Shown here: positions 12,828 to 25,399 of the stretch, piece after piece | How positions within the stretch are numbered: the first letter of the stretch is position 1 | How the letters are laid out: every line of letters starts with the position of its first letter | Assembly: GCA_051294905.1 (NCBI GenBank) | Contig: CM119372.1 | Span: forward strand, 31,932,001-31,996,000 | Length of the DNA: 64,000 nt | Reading direction: 5' to 3' | DNA from: Botryllus schlosseri | Taxonomy: Eukaryota | Position numbers and translations under genes: made by a program | Notes under the pieces: generated by a model | What the model was told of the DNA's origin: nothing | The model's input: the letters and a program-made list of their open reading frames with translations, nothing else | The model's database searches: none

Positions 12828-13808
12828 AACAATTTCGACGAGAACTTGCTAGTGAATAAAAGCTTAGGCCTACGCCTTAACGGTCTAGGCCAGACCGGAC
12901 ATTGTATTCGGCGTCTGATTATTGCTACGTTGATATTGAGCAGAGTGTAAAACGGGTTTCTATGCATGATACGGATATTAACGCATTAACAAGTTATACA
13001 ACAGTAGCCAATACCCCAATCGCATGGATTTGGTTTTTATGATACGATAACCATGTAAAGTCAAGATTGACCCCGTACGCCTGCCAGAATTTTTTTTATA
13101 TCAGACAACGATATCAATTTCATGTGTTGATTGAGTAAGCATCATTCACTGACTACCTATACATGTAGTGTATTTCGGCCTTGATGTTGTGTGATTGCGG
13201 GCCAGGGTCACAGTAGAGAGTCACTAAATATTCACAAACGGAGATCTGAATATTTCGAGCAAACTTTTCTAACAAAGCAAGTACAATTTCGGAGATTGTG
13301 AAGGTGCATGCTCGATTAGTGTTTATTTTTATACTGCTAAAGCCATTCATAGAGTGGCCTGCAGTATAAATGCAATAAATTTCAACCAAAGTTGTTATAA
13401 TGAAGTGAAAATTGTAATATATGAAAGAGGCAGGTTCTAACCCTTTGAGCATGAAATGTCAACAATAAAATGCTCATATGGATGTAGTTCAATGCTATAT
13501 ATTTTTCTCTTTCAGTTGGAATCAAAAGTAGTGGTAACGTTTTTGGTGGCTATCCCGACTATATTCGCAGTGTAGTTTACATACAATGAAACCAGCACTG
13601 TTGGCTATTTTCCTTCGGCATGAATAACATGCCGATTGCTCACTCCGTGTATTCATTCATGTCCAGAGTTAACTGTAGGCCTACTTGTTAACGATGATGA
13701 TTCATAGTTAGGTATTGATACTCGGACGCCGAATACACTGTCTGGTCTGGCCTAGACCTTTTAGGCGCAAGCTTATATTCTCTGGCAAGTCCTCGTCGAA
13801 ATTGTTGG
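12828..13808. repeat. Long inverted-repeat pair (about 95-bp arms), probably a non-autonomous DNA element
   Basis: About 12828-12925 is the reverse complement of about 13713-13808. Confidence 0.7.
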
Positions 13809-16336
13809 CAAAGCGACGGAAGATTTTGATTATATGGGATTATTATATCATTTGATTGCCTCAGTGAAGAACTTCGTTATACAGCACCCTTTGCGGGTGG
13901 ACGCCAATGACACATCCAACCGACATTCTATTATTCAGAATTAATGAGAGGCAACTCTCCTCATGACATGCTGAATCGTTGTTTGATTCTGTCGGTCTCA
14001 CGAAAAATTATTACTCGCCTTTTTTTACCGCAACGCTCATATCCTGGATTCTGGTTACATTCGAAGACATTATGATGGTGCAAATAACTGTTTCCCCGTT
14101 AACTCAAGACAGCCTTTCTTCGTCGAGGCGTTATTCAACTAGCATGTGTTGGCGGCCGTCGGCATGCAAATTTCGTTTACGAATTGACTCTCGCATTTTT
14201 GAGAGATTTTAATTAGTCTTGAAATTTTCTTCGCTGTATTCGCGATTCAATGCGACTTCATTTTCGATCAAATATAGCGCTCTGTGCAATCTGAGCCCAA
14301 CAGTACAGATGCAAACAGCAGAGGAAAATGGTGCCCCGCATAGAGAAATACCAATTTGAATTCGTATGCTCACGGAATAAATTTGTTTCTAGTACGCTTA
14401 GGCGATTCCAATATCCAATAACAATTGGCCCACCCGAAGATGCATCATCATTTATAACTTGCCCTAAATTTTCGAAAATACGCCCTCAATCAACTCTACC
14501 GGCGAATCTGATCACATGGGATGAGAAAGGATAAATCTGTGATAGTATTATGTGAAACTAAAATATTGATGACGAAATTCATTCGTAAATCTGAAAAAAA
14601 ATCGCGCTTATAGCGATTCGCAGTAACTATTCATAACAGTTGAAGTAGGCATACCTATAAAGTAAATCTACTTCTACTTCGTTGTATATTTTGTAACTTA
14701 CTCATAATTGTAATTTACAGTTTGTCAGGTAGAAGTAGTTTGTTTTACCAATAAGACAGACAGAGAAAGACCAAGATCATAGGAAATCCCGGAGCTGTTT
14801 GCGAGAAAACTTCAAAACATCCCTTATGCTTCTAGCGAAATAGATATGGAGTGACCGATCTGATACCACGAAAGTCTGGGTCAGTATAATTTATGTAGCG
14901 GTTGCGTGCTGAATCATGTGCGCCATTCAGGTCGCATATAATCAAAGATGTGACAATTTCATCGCAACGTGCTGGTAATGATAGGATCTACCAGATTTTA
15001 CTTGTCTTCCTAATTGCGTGAAGTGGTAACACAGTATCAGGCATTACTATCCGTATCGCTCGTCTTCTATCAACTATACACGGGCCATATGATAAGAGGG
15101 AGGGAGCCATACCGTCACACGTTATGAAGGGGGCGTTTGGGCGAAAAAGAGGAATAACACCACTGTTCTGTAGCAAAGCTATATCATTTGTATCATATGA
15201 TGCGGTCGAATCCTTATGCCGTTGAAAATAAATATCTCCTGCATCGACTTACATTAGTCGATTTCAAAAGACAGCAAATTCTACTTCTCTATTTCTCTAA
15301 ACTACGCGCATGTTTCTTATACTAATTATATTTAAATGTAGACCTCGATGGACAAGAATCGCGCACAGCGCGACGAACATTTTCAACTTGAATAAATCTC
15401 CAACAAACGACCAACGAAATAAATGGGGCCATCTTCGAGCACCCCCTAATTTGGGGTTTGGGTGTGACAGTTACGACCCTAGTTATAGATCAGGGAGGCC
15501 AACCTTGTTGCTATCCACGGCCGCATTTCGATTACTTATGTAGACTACGGCCGCATTTACAGGACATATAGTCGCAATGAGCTAACTGGACACAGCATAA
15601 CCACGTTAGACTATTTATGTTCATTGCCGATGAACTCCGGACTAATGTACTTTCCATGTCGTCGTACTATACGCATCGAAATCGCTTGTGGTCATGTAAG
15701 GAATATAGTAACTGGGAGTGATTATGGTTGCGTCATACGCAAAAATATGTTCCGATTCACGAATGAATTTCATCATAAATATTAGCAGTTTTTCTATATA
15801 TATTTTAGGGTAAGTTTTTTAAATGATAATGCATATATTCGAGTGGGCTAATTGTCATTAGTCAACAGAGTGACATTGTTGTTTATATGGAAGAGCCACA
15901 TGAATTGATTGTATCATTGGATTGAATGTTCTGAGATCGCAACTTCAGTAGGTAGCCTACAAGACATAGCCTACTATGTAGCAGCTATGCTCTTCAACCG
16001 GGTGTATCGTACACCCTGGGGTGTACCAAAAATTAAAAAGCGTGTACCACAAAGATGGGGTTTACTGGTGTGTACCAGATCCACATTAAAATGTACGAAT
16101 GACTAGTTATCACAATAAATATGCAAGTTTATGCTTCAGAAAATGTTTACCGGGTGTGCAATATCGTACACATAACAAATTTATACGTAGCTTGTAAATT
16201 ACATTTCTTTTGCGACGTCGTAAACGTCGCAAATGCTTCTCCTCGTCATTTAAACGCTGGTAATGAACTTATTGGGTCCTTTGGAGTTGAGAAGGACAGA
16301 GTTGACATGTGTTGAGATTGCGACATCTGTCTAATG

Positions 16337-18888
16337 CAGGGTTGTAACCATGTCACAAGGTTCCGAGTCACATGTCAAGTCGAGTCATTTTCAATTCACC
16401 ACCGAGTCAATTCCGAGTCCAAGTCAGCTGGTAGAGGTTCGTGTCCGAGTCATAGTGTTTGATTCCAGTCCGAGTCCAAGTCAGTATGTTCAATATTCAG
16501 TTTTCAGTTCAATGTGAATCATCCCACTTATTTTCGACTCTGCATGAGTGATATGGAATGGCTCGCATTCATAATATAGTAGTTTTCCTCAGTATTAACA
16601 GTTTCATGCCCTATTTTCCAAGCATCAGGACCAATAGACGAAATACCAAAAACGTGCAAGGTAACTTTACTATTCTTCGAAGTTACAATAAGATGTCTGT
16701 CTTGGTCGTCCTAGTCTCGAGCAGACATGGGGTGATTACTTCGTGAATGTAATCGATTGCGATTACGATTACTTCTGAATGACGCGATTACGATTACGAT
16801 TACATCAAAATCAGGAAGTAGTCAATTACGATTACGATTACATTGGGAAAGTAATCACGATTACTCACGATTACATTTATTTTGCATCTTAAAAGTTATA
16901 TTGGAAGACAATATATGGATTGCGCTGAAAGGCAATGAGATAATGAAATAACAACTTTCTTTGAAAAAGATGTGACATTTGTTTGAAACGTCATAAAGTA
17001 CCCATTGCCCATTTTATAGAGAACGATATATCGCACCTAACGATTTGCATTCTGGCTACGTTCACAACTGCCGCACCCAAAATTTCCAAATAAGTTGGAG
17101 AGCGAGCTCGAAAGGGAATCAAAAGTATAGGCTTATTTTGTAAACCAACACAAATTATAGACTATTTTCGAGAGATTTCATGAACTTGAAAATTGTCTAC
17201 GAGCATCGCGATTTAAATGTCTCTATATAGCTTGATTTTGAAATACATACGCCTCCTCCTCAAGAAAAAAAAGCATGCATAATTTATAGTAACAGGCATT
17301 TAGGTGCCAGTCAATACCGCGCCACGACACACCAAAAGACATATGCAGTTTCGGCCAACATGCGAATCCACGAAGTGTGCTACTAATGAAAGACATTGGC
17401 CGAAACTTGGGGTATGTGTCCATTGTCAATAGCCGCGCTGGGTGGGCGTGACTCATAGTCTGGTCCGTCCAATTTGAGCCCACAATGCAAATGCCACCCG
17501 GGCACCCACAGAGCTTTAAAGACATGGCAATTTGTGCATGCGTCTCACGCAAGTATTTCTTTTAGTCTGCTACGTCTGGGCCACTACAATATCTCTTTGA
17601 TTATATAACAGACCGGAGGTCACGAATTACCAACATCCCCTAAAGTAATTATTACAAGATACCAGATGTTATAATGATGAATTACGTGCCCTCAGCTCAT
17701 CAGCTAAATCTGACCATCGGGGGCTGAGATAGGATTAAAAATGAATAGTAATATAATGCATTTACCAATATTATTGACGAAATTAAATCTTCAACTTGAA
17801 AATTTACTACCCTATGGGGTCCAAGATCAACGTTTGGAGTGGGTGACGATTTGCTGTTCTGGTCCTGATTCTAGCTACAAGCCACGCTAACATTGTATAT
17901 AAGCCGATGGCTATGGCGGAAGGTCCAAATGTTGAGTAAAGCATTGTGAAATAACGCGCCCATTTCAAGTAGAATCATATGAGAAAGTGAACATAAAATT
18001 TTGCCTTCAACTTAATACAGATAATGTAATACCAGCGGCCATTACGAGAAACGGCTCGGTTATGATATATATCAGCAGCTGTTGATTTTTAATGCTTCGT
18101 CGTGGAAACCGTAATGTTTTATTTGACGAGTAGGCCTACAAAATTTCAAACCATTGTCCGGTGTACGTTCGTGCTACATAATCCTACTGCTCGCCAAGCA
18201 GCAACGGTCAAACTGCGTTTAACTAAGCATAACCAAACAGCAATACAAAAGTTACTATTTTAAACTAGGCATAGTGGTGATTAACTATCCTGATAACCTG
18301 GTATACAGCAGGGTGAGTGTTCTTACAATCACACCAATGTTTATCGAATATCTATACTCTGTGTGTGGATAGCTGGGTAGTGGATACTTCATATTTACGC
18401 AATGACGAGCAAAGCTAATAGGCCACTTCTGACGTAATACTGAGCAGTGTCATTTGGAAATCTAACGTTTGTGCTATCACTAACTGATATAATCCTTGTT
18501 CACGTTCACGAATGTTCAGTTTATGTCATAGTCCTGTACAAATAAAAAGTAATCGTTCTTTCACAAAGAAATCGATTAAATATGGGAAGTAGTCGATTAC
18601 GATTACGATTACTTGGGAATTTTTTCGAATGTAATCGATTGCGATTACGATTACTTGAAAATGCTGTAATCGTCGTAATCGATTACGATTACTAATCACG
18701 ATTACCCCATGTCTGGTCTCGAGTCGTATGACTTGGTTAGAGTCGTGCACAATTACCCGAGTACAAGCCAAGTCCATACAAAAATTGACTCGAGTCGAGT
18801 AATTTTATGCATTTGAAGAAACGATTCGAGTCAAGTCGAGTGACCAAAAATTCGTGACTCGAATCGGACTCGAGTCATAACAACCCTG
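16337..18888. mobile_element. hAT MITE family A (CAGGGTTG termini, GAGTC repeats)
   Basis: Starts CAGGGTTGTAA, ends AACAACCCTG; collinear with the copy at 48706-50607; no TSD preserved. Confidence 0.75.
16722..18715. mobile_element. Non-autonomous hAT element with (GATTAC)n subterminal repeats
   Basis: TIR CAGACATGGGGT / ACCCCATGTCTG; perfect TSD GTCTCGAG at 16714-16721 and 18716-18723. Confidence 0.9.
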
Positions 18889-19382
18889 CTATACCGATTC
18901 TTGAGGAATCCTCCTCTGGAGCTCAGACGTATTGAACTGGTACTTTCTGCGAGATGCTTATAAATAGCGCAAAGTATATAATTGCAGCGGCGTCGTCAGG
19001 TTGTCTGGGGGGAGGGTCGATTTTGAGAACCACTGTCCTATTGATGGTGGTCCGGTAACCACGAGCCATGATTAGTTTTTCACATTACCATTACCTTGCA
19101 GTAGGGCTGTTCAAAATTATTTTTCCGGATTCCAGCCATTCACTGACTAAATTGTCAACGAAAAGCTCAAATAACTCCGCTTCTACTTGTTGGAATTGAG
19201 TCAAATTTGTTTTGCATCGTTTTTGAAGGCAACACAACAATTTCATGGGGTTGACAGTGGAAATTTAATATGAAGTGGTCAACCTGCAGACGTGCGGTCG
19301 CATGCAGCCGTCAAACAATAATTATGCGGCCCTCTACACCGAATCAAAAAACGCGAAACAATAACTTCATATTGTTAATTTA

Positions 19383-19422
19383 TTCGCTAAAAGCTTTTCG
19401 ACTGACCCTCATCAGTAGCGAA
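19383..19422 (-). ncRNA. Minimal type I hammerhead ribozyme (second family)
   Basis: Minus strand reads TTCGCTA-CTGATGA-GGGTCAGTC-GAAA-AGCT-TT-TAGCGAA: 7-bp stem I, intact core, palindromic AGCT loop. Confidence 0.75.
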
Positions 19423-19870
19423 CGTAAGTGATAGGGTGGATCAAATTCGAAATGTGTCTATGAAGTAATAATAACAAAAACAAACAACTAGTAGACGGGC
19501 AAGATACGGTAGTAACGACACAAAACAAACGTTAACGAGCACATATTCGGATATAAATAACCGAGAGCACAGCACACAACATTAATCAAAAAATCAAATC
19601 AAAAAAGCGTGTGTAGGCGACCGTCAATATGCAATTTGAATTAACGAATTGGTTCCCAAATCTTTGAGAGATTATAATTAAACTTGAAAATTTTATTCAC
19701 GCTTAGCGCGATTCAGCGTGCCTTGGATTTTTCAATTTCAATATAAAAGCGTAATCTGATCCTCGCCGTACGAATGCAAACCGCAGAGGAAAATGATGCA
19801 CCCTGTGAAGATATACCAAGTTGGGATCGTGTGAGTCTCACGAATGAAGGTGTTTCTCGTACCTCCAGGT

Positions 19871-21941
19871 CAGTGCTTTTCAAACTGTGTGACGGTTCGC
19901 ACTTGTTCGAATTAAATAAATTGCAGTGCGAATGACGAAGGTGGTGCGAACGGTGCGAATGACAATCCGGATCTATAGTGCAATGAAAATCATCAATAAT
20001 TGTTAATTTTTCTGACATCGAATAATTCAGATAAACGTAATACGAAATTTAAGGTCAGTGTAACTTTTGTAGATGCGACACAATTGTAAAAACTTGTTTA
20101 ACTTAAGACGCATCACTAATCGTAGCTCTCACAGGCCGTAGTGAATTTGTATTTTCGCACTATTATTATTACGTAACCAAAAGCCTGGTTTGGAAGCTGG
20201 TGTAGTGTCAGACATACAGTGTATCAACCCGTCTGAGCCTGCGACTGACTGAAAAAAATGACGTCAAATTGAATTTATGCTTTCTTTCGCTAAACAATCA
20301 TCATATTTTCGTAATAACTGTTCGATTAGCGCGAGGCAAGAGGATAGTTGTAAATACCATAATTACAGTTAAGAATTACAGGGTTATTCAAGTATGGACC
20401 GCGAAGGGTATACTTTGGGTCGACACGGTGCCACAGCTTTTTGTTAATTTGCCTGAAATATTTGTTGAGTTTATTGCAAAAAATCCTGCGACAGTTTTTA
20501 CATATTCGAGGTCACTGTGTTGGATACTGTAGCCAATAAGCGAAAACGCAGAAAATATGGCTTTATCATGAGACTTCATGATGAGATTAGTCCGACTGTT
20601 TTTTTTTTTCTTTCTAGAAAACATGGTCGAAGACCGTTGACATGAACAAGTGTAGGGATGTGCAACGAGAGAGTTCAGGCCTATGAGACTCCTTTGAGAT
20701 TCCTTTTCATGGGTGAGGCTCGGGTTGGGTGTAGGGCTGGGCACAATGATTCGAGTAGTTGAATCTGAATCAAGTATTAATTTTAATGATTCAAGTCGAG
20801 TAGTAAAAACCGATTTTTTCGAGTACTGAAATTATACGCTCCTCGCAATTGAAAGTTAATTTGGCAACGAGAATTATAGTTTCGATACTATTTTCCACTG
20901 TGGAAACCTTGAAACCTTGATCGGCCGTATCGCAGCATACGAAACAGTACAAAGCTACGAACGTTGCTGGGAATAACACAGTTCCGAAGTCATGATTATC
21001 CCACAACATTGGGACAAAGTGCAATGAAATCGGTGTGGTCCAAAAAAATACCAAAGTATCTTTAATGTGATGGATAACAGGCATTGTATTGTTTATGGTG
21101 GCATAAAAGGTACATGTTTGAACTTTGACATATTACATTATGTTATGACGCCATAACGAGTAATACTCGAATACTCGACTCGAAGCATAATACGTGATTC
21201 AGAATCGAATCAGCCAGGTACTCGATTTTGCCCAGCCCTAGTCGCAAGATGCCACAAAAACTCAGATTTTGGTGGTAGTCCAAACGCTGCTTTACCGTTT
21301 TTAAACTGTTATGAATTCTCAAGTTAGATTGAGCTAAAGAGCAGAACACACAGTATCGTGAGTTTATATTTGCTCTTCTCATATACTCGCGAGACAGAAG
21401 TTGGATCAACTTAACGTATCATACGGTAGCGAGCTCTAATGTGCTTACTCTCCTTGATCGTTTTGCATCTTGTGTTCCAAGAAATGAGGCAAAAGCCTCA
21501 ACACAAGCATGTGGGGTTTTCACCCATTCCACAAACTGGAGCCTCCGAGACCTTTGTGTCAGCTCTCACAAACGATTTCTGCCAGCAAGCATTTTTCACT
21601 CACGAAAAATACGCTGTATTTTGGATAGGAGTGCAGAACAGATTTTAAAACCTGGCCATCCAAGCACTAGTAGACGTTCTTGTACAAAGCCTAACAACAT
21701 TGTTTGGCCGAGGAGGGTTTTAGTGAAATAGTTGAGATCAAAACGAGCGAAAAAATTGCTTTTTTAATGTAACACTTTGACAGCATAAGCTGCATAATAG
21801 CCAATTTGTTGCACATCTGAACCAAATGTTGTTAAGTATCATCAGCTTCTTTTAGTATAGTAATTTTCGATTAGTTTGTGCGAATGAAATTTATTTTCCA
21901 AAAAAATAGCGAATGGAGCTCAAAAAGGTAGAAAAGCACTG
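19871..21941 (+). mobile_element. Decayed Charlie-type hAT transposon with transposase remnant
   Basis: Termini CAGTGCTTTTC / GAAAAGCACTG; about 21530-21770 translates FWIGVQNRF*NLAIQAL..TT/LAEEGFSEIVEIKT, resembling the hAT dimerisation domain. Confidence 0.7.
20732..21240. mobile_element. hAT MITE family B (TAGGGCTGGGCA TIR)
   Basis: About 510 bp, collinear with copies at 41521 and 49710; no TSD visible on this copy. Confidence 0.85.
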
Positions 21942-23854
21942 GTCTAGGCGATTCCAATATATATTTCGAGTTTTCGACGGCGGGAGTGATTGGTAGCCTA
22001 TCGCATTGATCAGTACCAAAGAAGTAGCCCTAGGTTTCAGAAAGGTTGTTGACCCCTGCTATATATGGAACCGAAGTAGCTTGCGGCTGTGAATAGCAAA
22101 AAGGATAAGCATGCACCCTTGGATTAGGCTCACTTAACAGAATCAGTGTATTATGTTGTCAAGGGTGTAGGAGTTTCGAGTAAACGTTTAAAGGGTGTAC
22201 CACGACGAAAAGGGTTGAAGAGCACTGCTATATAGCCTACATTATACACTGTACAAGTGTACAGTGTACAGCTTGCATATAAAAAATTCTTATTCCACTC
22301 TCTGTAGTATCCCAATCACTAAAGAATTGTTTGAAGGTGACGATAATTGTGTTTATGATCTATAACAGGGGTGGGCAACCTGCGGGCACTCAAGGAAATA
22401 TGTGCGGGCGTGGACACGTAATTCAATTAATATTTACTGGCGGCCGTCGACATTAAAATTGAATTTACGACTTGACTCCCGAATTTTTGATAGAATAATT
22501 ATTCTTTGAGAGATTTAATTGATCTCGGAATTTTCTTCGGGCTACGCGCGATTCAGTGTTATTTCATTTTTCGATTTTAATGGGGCAGCGCCATTTGCAA
22601 TCTGAGCCCCAGAGTGCAGATGCAAACAACGGAACGAAATGTTGCACACCGTATAGAAAACTTCTAACTTGGAATCGTGTGCTTCTCAAAAAAGAAATTT
22701 GTTTCTGTTACGTTTGGGAGGCTTCAATATCTTACACTCAGGGCATGGTATGGTATGGAACGAAATTTCGGTATGGAATATGGAAGAGTGCAAGTATGGT
22801 ATGGCATGGAAATTTCCCAAGTATGGTATGGAATGTTCTTTCCATACTTCCATACTTTTTCCATACTTTGGCAGTTTTGCCAGAATCATGACAATGATCA
22901 GTGGCGGCTCGTCCTATAGGGCAACTGGGGCATTGCCCCACCTAAAATTCTGTTCAATAACAATTTAACCATTTATAGACGCACAGCAATCAATATATAC
23001 CGAGATCACAGCGAAACCCGCGTTCTTCTTGTGCTTTCGCTTGCAAACGCCCATACATAGCGAAGTCTCTGCGAAAATCGAATTCTCTTCTGTGTTTTCG
23101 CTTTGTGAATGCCTAGCCGGGGCTTGCCCCGGTAGCGCTCATAACAAGCTTTCACTATCTATTCTCTCAAAGCCGCGCACAATAAAGAAACGGTGATATA
23201 CTCTCTCCTATTCGTAAACTGGCCGAGCAACCGGGGCAAATATGCTTGCTCGCCCCTAAGGTGTGATGTAACAATCGTATCTATATCTGAACTCGGTTAC
23301 CGTAATATGCGTTGAGTCGACCTTTGCTGGAATAGGTCGATTTTGACGGTGTTTCGCACCATGATATTTCTTGAAACTTGGTACGATATGTCGTGAAGGT
23401 AGTATTTAACACTGCTCCAAGTTTCAGGCTTGCTACTTAAAGATAATGGTAGTAATTCCGTTTCCGAAGTTCAGTGTGTGCTGATCTATCATGTACATAG
23501 TAAAGCAAACAGATTTTACTCAAAAGCCGGTATTGGTCTCCATTGATTTTGACGATGTTCTATACCGAGATCGGTCATGACATTTGGCACGATAAGTGTT
23601 AGTATCGACCGCTGTAACAAGTTTTAAGTTTGTCACTGAACTATGTGGGTGGTAATTTCGTTTCCAAAGTCGAGTAAGAGCTGACTCTTCATTTATCGCC
23701 AACAAATTTACGCAAAAGCCGTTATTGGTCTCTATTGATTTCAACGATGTTCCATACCTAGATCTGTCATGAGCTTTCGCACGGTATGTCTGGATTTTAG
23801 TATCGAACACGGTGCCAACCCAGCAAACACTAGATGTCTTTTGAACCTGTCAGG

Positions 23855-24370
23855 ATATCTTTTTCTTGTCCAGCCAGGTTCAAATCATATCTTGTGCATG
23901 CTTTGTGCTGGAGCACGACTTAAATATATCTTTTTCGTCTCCAGTCATGTTCAAATCATATCTTTGTGCAAACCTTGTGCTGAAGCACGACTTAAATATA
24001 TCTTGTTCTTGTCCAGTCAAGTCCAAATCGTATCTTATCCATACCTTGTGCTGAAGCACGAATTAACTATATCTTTTTCTTGTCCAGTCAAGTCCAAATC
24101 ATATCTTGTTCATACCTTGTGCGCTGAAACACGACATCAATATATCTTGTTCTTGTCCAGTCAAGTCCAAATCATATCTTGTCCATACCTTGTGCTGAAG
24201 CACGGCTTAAATATATCTTGTTCTTGTCCAGTCAAGTCCAAATCATATCTTGTCCATACCTTGTGCTGAAGCACGACTTAAATATATCTTGTTCTTGTCA
24301 AGTCAAGTCCGAATCAACGTAGCTACTTTGTAAATTGCTATGTGCATACTTTGTGCTGAACCACAACTTT
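23855..24370. repeat. About 71-bp tandem repeat (6-7 units), left subterminal region of the EnSpm-like element
   Basis: TGTGCTGAAGCACG recurs at 23976, 24047, 24191 and 24262. Confidence 0.9.
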
Positions 24371-25399
24371 TCTTGGCCAAATTTTGTCGAATGCTGAAAA
24401 TATATTTGTTAGGAATATATAATTCGATTATTGCTTACTATTATGGTAGAGTGGTGTTTATAAATGTACAGTAGATTATATTGAACTTTTACTCTCATGG
24501 GGCAATTAATCACCTGTGTCACTTCACTACCGTATGTTCCACCTAGTGTCACGCTCTTTCTTGCAATTTTGCAGACTAAAATTAAATATCATATTAGCCC
24601 TCATCCTCGCGCTCCGCCACCTCCGCTGCTTTCGGTGGTTGGGTTGTATTTGATTGGAATTGGTCGGTTCCCAAATTTTGGAAGGAAATTTGAAAGTCTG
24701 CAGAATCCGGCTGGAGAATTTCCGGTTCTGCGTCCAAAAAACTTCTGCCAAAATCATAATTTCGTATTTAAGATGATAATTAAGAATGTTGCCAAAATCT
24801 GACTGTCGAAATAAATTCAGAATCCGCATCCAGTCCGGCTGAAATCCTGCTACGACTCCGGCTTCTGATCCGGAGTGTAAACGAGAGGTTATTTCTCCCT
24901 TGCGAGTTCAGATAAGTTTCGGCGCGAAATACTGGCAGACAAAGCGCTCTCGTAATGGAGGCTTACAGCTACGCAGTCGTATGTTAGGTTTAGTTGCGTT
25001 CTGGAATTAATCGTGGTAAATTAAGGCTCAACCATCCATATTCCTTCAGAGGATTACTGAAAACTGAACTGTAGATGGTAATTTATATATGCTTGATACG
25101 AAACATAGGTATATAGTGTATGGTATAATGTCACAAAGTATAGAACTTGGTTTGCACTTTTGCGAATATCATATAAGCTATTGTGACAGTGCTGGATTAT
25201 ATAATATCATCAGATGGTGGTCGCTAAAATCATTCATTGTGATCGAATGTTCTTGTACTTTTGTCTATATTAGTGTAGTGGTAGCTCAGCTACAACGTGG
25301 TAATGCCCAGATATAAAATAAGACGGGGGAAGCACAGACGTAGGCAGTACCAGAAAGAGTGGCTACGGTTCAAGCGAGCTAGAACCGCCGATTTGACGG

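Larger units (their letters stand above)
15982..22227. mobile_element. hAT MITE expanded by nested insertions
   Basis: Termini CAG(cta)TGCTCTTCAACC / GGTTGAAGAGCACTG; TSD CTATGTAG / CTATATAG (7 of 8); GGGTGTACC motifs at both ends. Confidence 0.6.

Noticed and set aside
23769..24269. 166-aa ORF with repeats
   Set aside because: Product of translating the 71-bp tandem repeat.
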